Origin: the human T2T-CHM13v2.0 reference genome, Homo sapiens
Assembly (NCBI RefSeq): GCF_009914755.1
Contig: NC_060928.1
Direction: 5' to 3' (one strand)
Length of the DNA: 64,000 nt
The notes beneath the pieces were generated by a model. It was not told the DNA's origin. It did no database searches and was given only the letters and a program-made list of their open reading frames with translations. Positions 12,278 to 25,525 of this stretch are shown here, piece by piece; position 1 is the first letter of the stretch; each line of letters opens with the position of its first letter. The translations under genes were made by a program, and so were the position numbers.

Positions 12278-14343
12278 TTGTTTTTATTTTTACTTGAAAC
12301 ACAACACATTAATGTGTTTATTATGATTTACCACTGTGCTAAACATTTTGCAAATATTAACCTTAATTCCCCCTTGCAGAAGGTAGTATTATCATCGTTT
12401 CTGTTTTATAGATGAGAAAACTTAGGCAGAGAAAAGTTAAGTACTAATTGCATGAGATATTGCAAACCTCATATAATCAGCTAGAGATTATTAAATAATT
12501 TGAAACATAAACTGAGAAAAATGCTAGGGTTAATCTGGGGAAAATATTGGAATGAATACTAATTGTATAAGAGATTAGGTATTTAGTGAGTTTTTCACGA
12601 TATGAAGAATTTTGCATCCCCACAACCTCATGATTGCAGGGTTTCAGATATTTAATACACTGATAAGAAGGAACCATGTCTATTACTGCTAATCCTTACA
12701 ACAACCCAGCAAGGTAGAAATTATTGTTCTCACTTTACACATGAGGGAACTGACATGTATAGCGATTAGGGACTTATTCAAGATCCTAAGTAGTAAGTGG
12801 CCATGGTGAGATGTAAATTGAGCTGTCAGACTTCAGAGCTCATGCCTGTGTTTTCTTCTGCACCAGCCTGCTCTCGGGAAGTCCAAGGCCTATCTTGCTA
12901 TTTGTCATTACTATTTCTATTTTATATTGGCTCTTCTTTATTAACATACCTTTGTTAGTACACTGTGAGCTTTTTATGTTCTAGTTTAACTTACAGGCAA
13001 GCGTGGCATTCGGTAATGGACGTGAGTCATTGTAGTCCCTCTGAGTTGAATTGTTCAGGCTTTTTTTCCCCCTTTTTAATTTTTTTTTCTATATTATGGG
13101 AAGGGACATTATTTCTCCAGGAAACTAATTGGCTTGTGTGTGAGTTGAAAAAGTTGATTATCTTTAATCTTAGATTTTACACCAGAATATTTTCCTAATG
13201 CCAGGAAATCCTCTTTTTTATTGTGGTTGTTAATTATGTTCATAGTCATTGCTTTGTTCTTAACTTCTTATAATGGTGACATTCCATAGGGATAATGTAA
13301 ATCTTGAATAAGAAAATGAGTTACATAAATTTCTAGGTAAGAGATGTTCAAACTTCCTTTCTGGCTGAAATTGAAGAAATGCTGTCTGAACAGCCACTGC
13401 TAACAGGCAGGATTTGTCAGGTCGTAGAAATTGCTCATTCCCGTTTCTCAGCTGGAGGGGAAAGGTTGTAAGAGGGGTTGGCAAAAATGCCATAAAACAA
13501 AGGAAGACGTGGTAACTCCACCAGCCAACTCCTAACGACAAAGTAAATAGCATAAATGAAAAGCCATGATGTATACCTCTTTCTCCAAACAGTTAATGGA
13601 ACAAAAAGCCCCAAGAAACACCTGAACTCAAGAGCAGTTTCTATGGAAACCTCAATCCATTTCTATTCTGCTGACATTTGAATAAATGTGAGCCGACGCG
13701 TGCTTTAGCTCAGTCCCATTACACACACTGTGGAGACAGCGCTAATGGGTTTATCTTAGAACCATTATTAACTACTCAGAGCAAAATCGCATCAGTTCTC
13801 CCCTTATAGACTTAAACTATTCCACAGTCTTAAGTACTTCTGAAAAATCTGGGATCAGTAGGCAAAACAACACTTTTGACATGACTACTATTTTGTAGGC
13901 TCCAAAAACTCGCTCTCCTACTCATGTAAAAATGTTAAAGAGCCAAAATTTGTCATTTTCATGCTCTAAGAAAATAACTCCGGTATCTTTAATGTGTCAT
14001 TAACACTAATGCATGTCATTAATGCTAATGCTCCATTCTGCTTTAACAGCCCTCCATTTCCCTCAAGTTAGATGGAGACTGCAAGAATTACACACCTTTT
14101 GACTTCTATTGCCTGAGCAAAAATCACATTATCCCAAAGGAAGGATGCAAGAGAACGCAAGACTCACAGGGAAGACATACACCTAGAGAAAACTGTCTTT
14201 AGATAGAATTCATATAAAATAAGGTGACTCGTCCTAATTGTAAATCCTGCCTTCCAACTAATAATTATAGAAAACCCTGTAGCTCAGGCAGCATATGAGA
14301 AAGACAGCCAAAGAGGCAGTTAGCTCTAAAAAAATTTTGTTTC

Positions 14344-14510
14344 GGGCATAGTGGTGCACACCTCTAGTTCCAGCTACTCCGGAGGCTGAGGTGGAAGCAA
14401 CTCTTGAGCCCAGGAGATCAAGGCTGCAGAAAGCCAAGATTGCACCCCTGCACTCCAGCCTGGGCAACAGAGTGAGACCTTGTCAAAAAAAAAAAAAAAA
14501 AAAAAAAAAA
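14344..14510 (+). mobile_element. Free right Alu monomer (FRAM/AluJ-like) with TSD
   Basis: Single monomer, long A tail, aaattttgtttc on both sides. Confidence 0.8.
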
Positions 14511-15377
14511 GACAAATTTTGTTTCATTGCTTTGAAGAACTATTTGGTTTAAATGATTTTTATTTGATCTTCATTTTAAATATCATATTGGTCCCCCTCA
14601 TGGTCTCTAAGGTAATCTTCCAGCTAAGACCCCAGGTAATGTCAAATGACATAATATAGTAGATACAACACATTCTTGAATTCCAATTAACACGGATTCT
14701 TCTTCTTGTTTGTTTACTGGCTTTTGTGACCTTAGGAATGTTAGTTATCCTTCTTTAGCTTCTATTTCATTACCTGTAAATTGGAAATGATAATTTCTAG
14801 TTCTGGTGGTGTTCTGAAGGTCAGAGACAATGAATACAGAATGCTTGGATCATAGGTGTTCATTCATAATGGCAGTTATAATTGGCGATAAAGTTTCCTT
14901 TTGTGGTAAGATTTAGGATCAACATTATTAGACTTTACTTTCTTCATTGATAAGTCCTTGGACAAAAATAATTTTATATTTGAGGATCATCGCCCTTTCC
15001 TGTCTATTCTGCTTCTTAATGATTTTCTTTGCTAACATCAACATTGCATTAATAATTATATCATATTAGAAGTAGCTATCATTAATACTGGAGGAATATG
15101 GCAATTTTTTAATGACTTTACTTGTTTAGGTTTTATAAATACAGTAATTCCTCCCTAGCCATAATCTCTTTTTAGATATCTCGCTGATCCAGAAAACTTA
15201 GAGAATTTTTGTCTAAGGTGATGTTTCTAAGGTTGGAGATGTTTCGGGAAATAAGGTTTGGGGGTTTGGAATGGAAAAGAGAGGTAATATAGATAGCAGA
15301 GAGGGAAGTGTGATTTCTGCCATGGAATTTGGGGAGAGAAAATAGTAACTGGAGTGGAATTGCTAGCTTCCTGTATC

Positions 15378-15629
15378 TGCGCAGTGCTTTAAGAAGAGGC
15401 TCTAATGGCACATGCTCTGGCATTCGGTTATAACGCGCAGAGATAAGACCATTAACTTCAACTCTTACAGAGGTAGTTAAGAAATAGGAAAGTCTAGATG
15501 TCTAGATGACTTTACTTTCCTATTTCTTAACTACCTCTGTAAGAGTTGAAGTTAATGGTCTTATCTCTGCGCGTTATAACCGAATGCCAGAGCACGTGCC
15601 ATTAGAGCCTCTTCTTAAAGCACTGCGCA
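15378..15629. repeat. Near-perfect inverted repeat: 116-bp arms (15378-15493, 15514-15629), 20-nt spacer
   Basis: Arm 2 is the reverse complement of arm 1 with one mismatch (A15412 vs C15595). Confidence 0.97.
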
Positions 15630-15728
15630 CCAGCATGGCACATGTATACATATGTAACTAACCTGCACAATGTGCACATGTACCCTAAAACTTAAAGTAT
15701 AATAAAAAAAAAAATTAAAAAAAAAAAA
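15625..15728 (+). mobile_element. Young L1 3' terminus (L1HS pre-Ta or L1PA2-like) with poly(A)
   Basis: gcgcaccagcatggcacatgtatacatatgtaactaacctgcacaatgtgcacatgtaccctaaaacttaaagtataat(A)n; TSD aagaaataggaaagt at 15479-15493 and 15729-15743; EN-like site tt/aaga. Confidence 0.92.
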
Positions 15729-16357
15729 AAGAAATAGGAAAGTAAGTTAAACAAAGCCTAACCAAGCACAAGTCCTCCTCCCATGGGGGCTTTCTGAGGC
15801 TTAATCCACACAGCCAGGGAGTGACTGTGGTATAATTCAACAAAGCAGCCCAAGGAAAGAAAGTGGCTCAGAACCTAAGACTTTTAGGATTACTAGAAAA
15901 ATGGAATGTGGAGGCTAGCAGAGCATGTCCAAATCCTGTAGCCCGCCTCTTTAATTTGCAGATGAGAAGTTTCCTAGTAAGATGAACATGCTCCTAAAAT
16001 CACAGAGCTGGCACTTGGAGAGCCAGGGGTTGACACGGTGTCCTGCCTCCTACCATCCACCTCCTTCTGATATTTTAGGGTGCCTTGTTGAGTGGATAAG
16101 CCCCTCTCACTTTTAAAACTAGACTTACTACATTTATTTTCCTTTATGGAATTTAAAACACAGCCATTGTTCATCCGTCCCAGGAAGTCATACATAAAGT
16201 TATAAACTTGAAAAAGTTTTCCTGAATTACAAAACTTCAGACAGACCTATTCACACTCACAAGTGATAAAGTTAGAACTGCCTAGAAAACTGGTACTCAT
16301 TTGTTATGGCTACATGTTTTATCTCTTTATTCATGCCATGATTAAGAGTGAATATAG

Positions 16358-16463
16358 GGCCGGGTGCGGTGGCTCATGCCTGTAATCCTAACACTTTGGG
16401 AGGCTGCGGCGGGTGGATCACCTGAGGTCAGGAGTTTGAGACCAGCCTGACCAACGAGGTGAA
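16358..16463 (+). mobile_element. Alu left-arm fragment, 3' truncated
   Basis: ggccgggtgcggtggctca...gaccagcctgaccaacgaggtgaa, then unique sequence. Confidence 0.85.
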
Positions 16464-18086
16464 TATTAATTATTAAATGAATGAGTATCATACATTATTA
16501 AAAAACACGTGAACATTCTGTGAGCTAATTCTGTATCAGACGTTATGTTAATGCAGTTTTCACATATGTTACCTCATCACATTTCAAGCTTTCTATGTGC
16601 ATTTCCTTGTGAATGTGTCCTGGAAACAGGAACGAGCTCTTATAAATATAAAATGGTTGAGTGGGAAGCTAGTGATGAAAGAGTTTGGGCTATGGAGTCA
16701 CACAACTTGAGTTTGATGATGGCCTTACCATTTTATTTATTGTGGTGTCTTCGCCCATTCCCCAAAAGTGGTTTAATTTCTTCATCTGACAAATTATAGA
16801 TAAAAAAAACCTATCTTAGAAAAATCAAATAAGATAAGATATGTAAAATATTTATGGTGCCTAGCACATGGTAGTGCTCATTACAATTAACTAATATTGG
16901 TATTCATGTTTGTAATATTATTTCTACATCAAAATTTTACATCACTATGAGTGAGTTAATGCTTGGCACTTTTGTAAATAGATGAATCAAATTGATTTGA
17001 GTATTGACTGTTTGTGAATTTTAAGCTCAAATGTAGGATTTCATTCATTATTCATTAAAACAAAATTTAAAAATGCACTTACCAGTTTTAGTAATCGTTT
17101 ATGTGTTATTTCAAGTCTGACCACATGAGGGCAGCATAGTACCTTTTAAGACAAAGCATAGCCTAAGTGGAGGGAAAAAAAAATCTAGTATTAAAGCTAT
17201 TAAAAATCATGGGTACAAAATTAAAACTAGAAGTCTCCATAATGATCTTCTTATCCAAACTTGAATTTTACAACTGAAAGAACTGAGGTCTAAGGAGGAC
17301 AATTAGCAAGTCCAATCACACAACTGATATCTTTTGAAGGTAGAGCAAAGAACCATTCAACAGCATTAATAGTAGCAATAATAATTGCATTATTGGAGCA
17401 CCTAGTTACTTTAAGAGACTTTTTATTAAGCACTAATATCTTGTGTGACAATACTTTAGAGGCAATCGAATGTTTCTGATAATGAATTAGCAAGAGGAAT
17501 GTTCCTTTCTGAAGAAAGAGAAAATAAACAGAATCTTATTTCTAAAAGGACTTAAGTATGTTCTTGAAGGCAGAAGACTTAACTGCGTGATTTTTCAAGG
17601 TTGTTATTAATATTTTGCTCACAACCGTGTGTTTGTGAGCTGCCTTGACAGTGCAGCACTGTCTCCAAGAAGCCGCAGCAAACAAGAGAAGGGTTCTTAT
17701 TGGTTTTGGCTAGAAATCTTCTAGCTTTCTTTCACCTACTTTTTCTCGTCATTCCCACCCCAGTTCCATAGTCAAACAAATCCATACACATATAAAGCCA
17801 GAATCATGCAAACAAATCCATACTCTCCCTTGGCAACACCACAGTGGGAGTGCTTTGGAGGGAGGGATGCTTTAACTTTGCAACTATAGTTGTTCTCGTA
17901 CATATCCCTTCTCAAACTTCAAATAAACAGATGATCTGGATACATAGAATATGTTTACTCTACAATGCCACTCTCTCCATTTCTCTCTACCTCCTTAATA
18001 TCTTTTCATTCTTTGCAGATCTTTCCTTTCTACTGCCATCGTTATCACTCATCTATATTATTTCATCAGCCTCAGAAATCGGACAC

Positions 18087-18553
18087 TGTGAGTGGTAGTT
18101 TATGTGTCAACTTGACCGGGCCATCGGATGCTTAGAGAGTTGATTACACATTATTCTAGGTGTTTCTGTGAGGGTGGTTTTTGAATTCAAGATGATAGCC
18201 CTGTATGATATGGGCAGCCTCATGACCTTCCCTGAATGAGAGAGAAGTCTTCCCCTCTGACTGCCTTCTAAACTGGGACACAGGCTTTCTTCTTGCTTTC
18301 ACACTCCAACTGATACATCAGTTCTTTCCGAGTCTCTAGTCTGCTGGCCTTTGGACTAGAGCTTTACCATAGACTCTCCTGGTTCTCAGGCCTTCTGACT
18401 GAGATTGGAACTAAACCATCAGCTCACCTGGGCCTCCAGCTTGCTGACCTGCCCTCGAGTTCTTCATAATTCCATGAGGTAATTCCTTTTAATCTCCCTC
18501 TATATATACATGTATATATCTTATTAGTCCTGTTTCTCTGGAGAACCTAATAC
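18087..18553 (+). mobile_element. ERVL LTR (MLT2-type)
   Basis: tttatgtgtcaacttgac...tgtttctgtgagggtg...tcctggttctcaggcctt...tgtttctctggagaacctaataca. Confidence 0.8.
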
Positions 18554-19576
18554 AGACCATTATACTGTTTTCAATATATTTTCATTTGAAACTAGAGAGC
18601 CATTTGTACAATAATTTATGAATTAGGATTATATACTAATTCAACAAATAATGTATTAAATATGGAACCCCTACATCATGCTAAGCAGTAACCTTTAGTC
18701 CTCAATGGTCATCATTGTGTTTGGTGTTTAGCAGGCATTTAATAAATATGTGTTGAATGGGTGAATACATAAATTCCATCAGTTGTTTTGTGAAAGAATT
18801 TTTGCTTCTACTAGAGTGCCGGCGTTTTTTCTTCCATCTATATTAAGGTGATTAGTTTCTTGCAAAGAAAGTGCTAATCATTTTGTTGCTAGGAAACCAC
18901 TTTGTCCAGCTGCAAAGGTATGTATATTATAGTTTTAGGACAAACGACAGAACAAGTTCCGAGTATGATTAACATAAAATAAAGAGGCTTAATATAGGTT
19001 AGTTTTCAGTCAATATGTTAGATCTTGAGATTTTTGATTAAATAAATCTATTAAAATCTGTATTGGTACTATGACTGTAAAGATTCCCATTTTTTACAGG
19101 TTATAACAATGAGAACCAAAGAGTGGTTTGCTTCTGGTATGTATAGTTACTGAACGGTGGGGGAGTGATTTTTAGAAACCCAGTATTTGCTGTTTCTTCA
19201 TGGGCACACCGCTCTGGAAGTCACCATCATCTATGTCAAAACTCCCTCAGGGACCCGGCCTCTGCCCACTCCCCTGAACCCCCAAGTACCATGCTCACCC
19301 TTGCTCCGTGGGTGTCAGGCAAGAGTCTTTTTTCCCCATGTCTCTTGAACACCACAGGCTCATTCACACATGACAGCCTCTTTCCTCTTTTCTGCAGAGC
19401 CTAGAAATCTCTTTTCGCAGTATCACACATTGCTGGCTTCTTCTCTTATTTTTCCTTTAGATTTCACTCAGATGTCTTCCTTGACCTCCCTATGTCAAGC
19501 GGTGCACATCTTGCGAGTCATTTTCTATCCTGTTTCCAAGTTTATATTCTTCATAAAACTTTATCCAAAAATATAT

Positions 19577-19872
19577 TTTCTTTTCTTTTTTGAGACAGGG
19601 TCTCACTCTGTCGCCCAGGATGGAGAGCAGTGGTGTGATTAAGGCTCACTGCAGCTTCCACCTCCCTGGACTCAGGTTATCCTCCCACCTCAGCCTCCTG
19701 GGTTGCTAAGACTATAGGCATGTGCCACCACCCTCAGCTAATTTTTGTACTTGTGGATCTTGGGTTTTGCCATGTTGCCCAGGCTGGTCTCCGGCTCTTG
19801 GGCTCAAGTAATCGACCCATCTCAGCCTCCCAAAGTGCTGGGATTACAAGTGTGAGCCACTGCACCCAGCCT
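19577..19872 (-). mobile_element. Alu (AluJ-like)
   Basis: gagacagggtctcactctgtcgccc...ttgcccaggctggtctc...gggctcaag. Confidence 0.9.
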
Positions 19873-20310
19873 TTCTTTTTAATTTGGTTTGCTCTTTCTG
19901 TCGATATCACTGGCAGACAGTATCTGTAAACTATATTGTCCATGATGACTGAAGCTGTCTCTACTGCTGGCCTTTACATTTTGAGTACTCAATGCCTAAT
20001 ATATACTAGATGTTCAATAAGTATTCTCTGAAATGACTGACCTTTGATTCAATGAACAAATCATATGAAAATATAATCATGAGAATAAGACTTCTTTGAG
20101 ATGCTAATCTGAAAAAGATTCAAGATTAAATTAAAAAGTACAACTTTAACTAAATGTTCTTTAAATCAGATAGTGCCATTATTTAAATTTATTGGCTAAA
20201 TTTTTATGGAATTTCTGTACTTTCAAATTAGAAGAGTTTTTATGTATATGTTACTGGGATTCTTTATGAATAAAATATATATATGTGTTTAATGTAAAAA
20301 GATAACTTCG

Positions 20311-20539
<229 letters not shown>

Positions 20540-20771
20540 TCATAATGTCTCAAATACTTAATATCAGTTGAATAGGACTATACAAAACCCTTAAAGCTCA
20601 TATTTGCCATCATTTGAGTGAGGTTACCAAGGTATCAAATATAGGGATGTATGTCATGTGAAAAGTAATTGTAAATCTTAGTGACAAAGGCTACAATAAA
20701 ACATAAACTATCTTATTCTACTATATTTCATGACTTATTTGGTATTTAGGAAGCTCAACAGCTTATACTCA

Positions 20772-21117
20772 TTTTTTTTTTTTTTTTTTTTTTTTGAGAC
20801 AGAGTCTTGTTCTGTCGCCCAGGCTGGAGTGCAGTGGTGCTATCTCTGCTCACTGCAAGCTCGGCCTCCCAGGTTCACGGCGCGATCTCTGCTCACTGCA
20901 AGCTCTGCCTCCTGGGTTCATGCCGTTCTCCTGCCAGCCTTCCATGTAGCTGGGACTACAGGTGTCTGCCACCATGCCTGGCTAATTTTTTGTATTTTTA
21001 GTAGAGATGGGGTTTCACCTTGCTAGCCAGGATGGTCTTGATCTCCTGACCCCGTGATCTGCCTGCCTCGGCCTCCCAAAGTGCTGGGATTACACGCATG
21101 AGGCACCGCGCCAGGCC
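20772..21117 (-). mobile_element. AluY-like with 43-bp internal tandem duplication
   Basis: Long T tract; ctgcaagctc segment present twice (20836-20878, 20879-20921). Confidence 0.9.
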
Positions 21118-21726
21118 ACTCACTCTTTGTTTTAAATAAAAATGTAGTATTTAAAATCAGATCATATATTTTTAAGTATATTGCTTAAGTAGTCTAGATT
21201 AATAACATTTTTGCTGATTTATGACTTTCCTATTTTGAGAATAAGCACTATCCTCCATAAGAAACTGGATAATTTAAAGGCAGGAAACACTCTGTAGTCA
21301 TGGTTGTCAGGTTCTCGGTGCCAGATGCTTATGGTGAGAGCTTGGCTATTGGGAGCACCTGACCCAGGTTAAGTGAGTAAAAATAAAGGGTTTGGTAAAA
21401 GTCAATATGTGAGGGAGAGCTGGAGCTAAACCCAGAAGAAAAGCTGCTGTTTGGTAAAACATTGCCAGAATACTAAACCAAATGAAGGCCAGGAGGGTGT
21501 GCTATGTAACTGAGTCATGGAAGCGTCCCTATCAGTGCCTGAAAGAAATAACTGAACAGTCATGGGGCTTCCCTGGCCTGGATCAGATGAGCCTGAGTCA
21601 TCCTTATTAACCAGTTTAAATTTCCACATCCTGACCTCTTTTGCAATCATGATTTTCTTAGCATAGTGTTTATAAGTTATTATGAGATACTAGGTTTTAT
21701 TCTCTCTCTCTTTACTTACATACATG

Positions 21727-22200
21727 GGGTAGATTGTATTATGAGTCCCTAATTTTCCCTTCTCTCCCCTACCTTCCATAGCTTCCCTGTGGGTGTAGTC
21801 TGTTTCCTTACCCCATTGACTTAGGGCTTGGCCAAGTGATAATTCCTTTGGCTAACGAAATAGTGACCAGAAATGATTATGTGCTTGTACCAAACTGATG
21901 CCTTGAGAGACACGTAAAGTTACCCCCAGTGCTCCTGGGATATCTGCCCTTTGCCACAAGTGGAGCCAGTCTCAGGAAATTATTGTTTTCTCAGCCTGGG
22001 TGCTGAAATGAAAACCCAAACCCATCTGAGGCCTGTGATCCACGCTAGGGCTGAAAGCCTAGGCAAGCCCAATTGAGATAAGCCCAGTGGCAGATCCCCC
22101 ACTAACATAGGAGTGTGGCAAAAGGATTGTTTTTATAACCCGTGGGCATTACCTGATGTAATCTCTGGAAAAATCTAATTACAGAAGAAACCTGATTAAT
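21727..22200 (+). mobile_element. Old MaLR LTR (MLT1H/I/J-like)
   Basis: ccccattgacttagggcttggccaagtga...ttgttttctcagcctggg motifs; boundaries approximate. Confidence 0.55.
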
Positions 22201-22796
22201 TCAGAAGAAACCTAATTAATTCACCAACTGATAAAGTACCATGAATAACATAGTGAATTTATTGAAGAAAAGATAAAATGATTAATAGAAAGAGTGCTTA
22301 TAGGAATTAATATTGAATATTATTGACAAAAATGATATAATGACTATGCATTTATTTAAATAACCTGCTAGAGCTCTATAGGATGACTCTAAGAATTTAC
22401 TGGTGACAATATCTAAAAACAACCAGGTTGGATGGGGCAACGCTGGTCTTTGAGCCACTGTATTTTTTTTTTAATGCCATAAAGCAATTCTGTGGCAAGA
22501 TTCTATTTTAGGAAAGGGTAGATAAGTAAAATTTACCAGGACGCTGGTACCTGAACATTGTGATCATAGAATTTGATTTTTCCAGCGAGCTCTTTAGAAT
22601 AGTACATGTCCCATGTACAAAGTTATGTATGAAACTGTTGATTCTTCTAATGTGGAAAGCCTCTCATTATTCCTCTGTATTGTAATAGATCAATCCTATG
22701 ATTTTTTTTGTACTACATTCTTCTTTATTAGACTCTATCTCTTCCAAACAGGTAAAGAATTAGAGCAATATTCTTATCTTTGAAAGCATGTGTGCT

Positions 22797-23088
22797 GGCC
22801 GGGTGCAGTGGCTCATGCCTGTAATCCCAGCACTTCGGGAGTCTGAGGCGGGCTGATCACCTGAGGTCAGGAGTTCGAGACCAGCCTGGCCAAAATGGCA
22901 TAACCCCATCTCTGCTAAAAATACAAAAATTAGCTGGGCTTGGTGGCAGGTGCCTGTAATCCCAGCTACTCAGGAGGCTAAGGCAGAAGAATCGCTAGAA
23001 CCCGGGAGGCAGAGGTTGCAGTGAGTAGAGATCGTGCCACTGCATTCCAGCCTGGGTGACATAGTGGGACTCCATCTCAAAAAAAAAA
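22797..23088 (+). mobile_element. Alu (AluSx-like), full length
   Basis: ggccgggtgcagtggctca ... actccatctc(A)n; agcatgtgtgc-like TSD on both sides. Confidence 0.92.
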
Positions 23089-24236
23089 GGAGCATGTGTG
23101 CCACAAATAAAGGCCATGTTGGCTGCATTTGTCTATGTTTCCAAATTGCTGGCATTTTATTCATGTGTGTTGATGCTTTTCTTTAGGTTTCCTATTTAAT
23201 TTTCGATACGGTGAAGGCAGAGACTGTTGCTCTCTTTAAAGTTACCCATGGGACATGCTAGAAAGGTTTGTGGAAAGTGAGTATTAAGTCATTGTTGCTG
23301 ATTGCCTCTCTTCTACACCTTGCTATTACAGACCTGGCCAAAGACTTTGTTTAAATGAATCCTGTCTTTTTTTTCCAGCTAAGCTAATAATCACCCTTCT
23401 GGAAGAGGTTAATTTTGGTCTTAAAAACAAGCAGTAAGTATGCATCACACATTGAAGGAAAGCTGTAGTTAGTATACACATTAAAACAATGTAAACTAAA
23501 GGCCAGATTATTTTACTCCTCTGAAAATTCAGACAATCTGGAGTTTCAAAAACGTTTTTATTTCATCGTCTTGATCTATATGATCATTTCACACATCAGT
23601 AAGTGATGCTTTCATTTTTTTAAAGTAGCATAACTATCCCAAACCTGGAAAATTTCAGTAACACTAAAAATAAACCAGTTAAATAAACATAGGGATATTT
23701 TCAAAGATAGTTTGGGACATAAATACTTTAAAAATCTGCCCCACCTGCAACTGTGAAGTATTGATTCTGAGGCTTTTCAAAGTTATGCACTATACAGTTC
23801 ATACTGTAATATGAATTAAAGGGGCTAGGAGAATAATGGCACTAGTTTTTTTATAAGCTGATTTTTATGATATTAATATAATTTCTTAAAAAACCTTCAA
23901 CTCAACTGCGTAAGTTCCTGACATTAAATGCAATTTTTTTCAACTATCAAATTACAGACCATGTATTTGTAAAATCTAAAAAGGAATAAACTTTTGTGTG
24001 TTATGGTGGGATATTTAGTTTCTGTAGTGATTGAAATTACTTTTAAGTGTCACTTTTATTCTCTGTATAGTAGATTTCCATAATATACACCTATTAGAGA
24101 CACCTTTCAAGACAATGCTAACACAATTGCCAGCTTTAAAGATATTGAAAACTTAAAAAAATCATTTCTCTGTTTTAATGAGGGCAATACTGTCATATTG
24201 TAGTAAGATTTTTGTTCATATTAAATTGAAGCAACA

Positions 24237-25525
<1,289 letters not shown>

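Noticed and set aside
15172-15423. 83-aa ORF starting in the inverted-repeat arm
   Set aside because: No domain or gene context; incidental to the palindrome.
15378-15629. Inverted repeat as a MITE or miRNA gene
   Set aside because: Arm 1 lies outside and arm 2 inside the L1 TSDs, there is no TSD flanking the palindrome itself, and near-perfect identity fits a recent copy rather than an evolved hairpin.
22182-22221. 20-bp tandem duplication cagaagaaacct(g/a)attaatt; similar small duplications near 13990-14030 and 52243-52282
   Set aside because: Ordinary slippage duplications with two copies and no spacers; not a CRISPR-like array.
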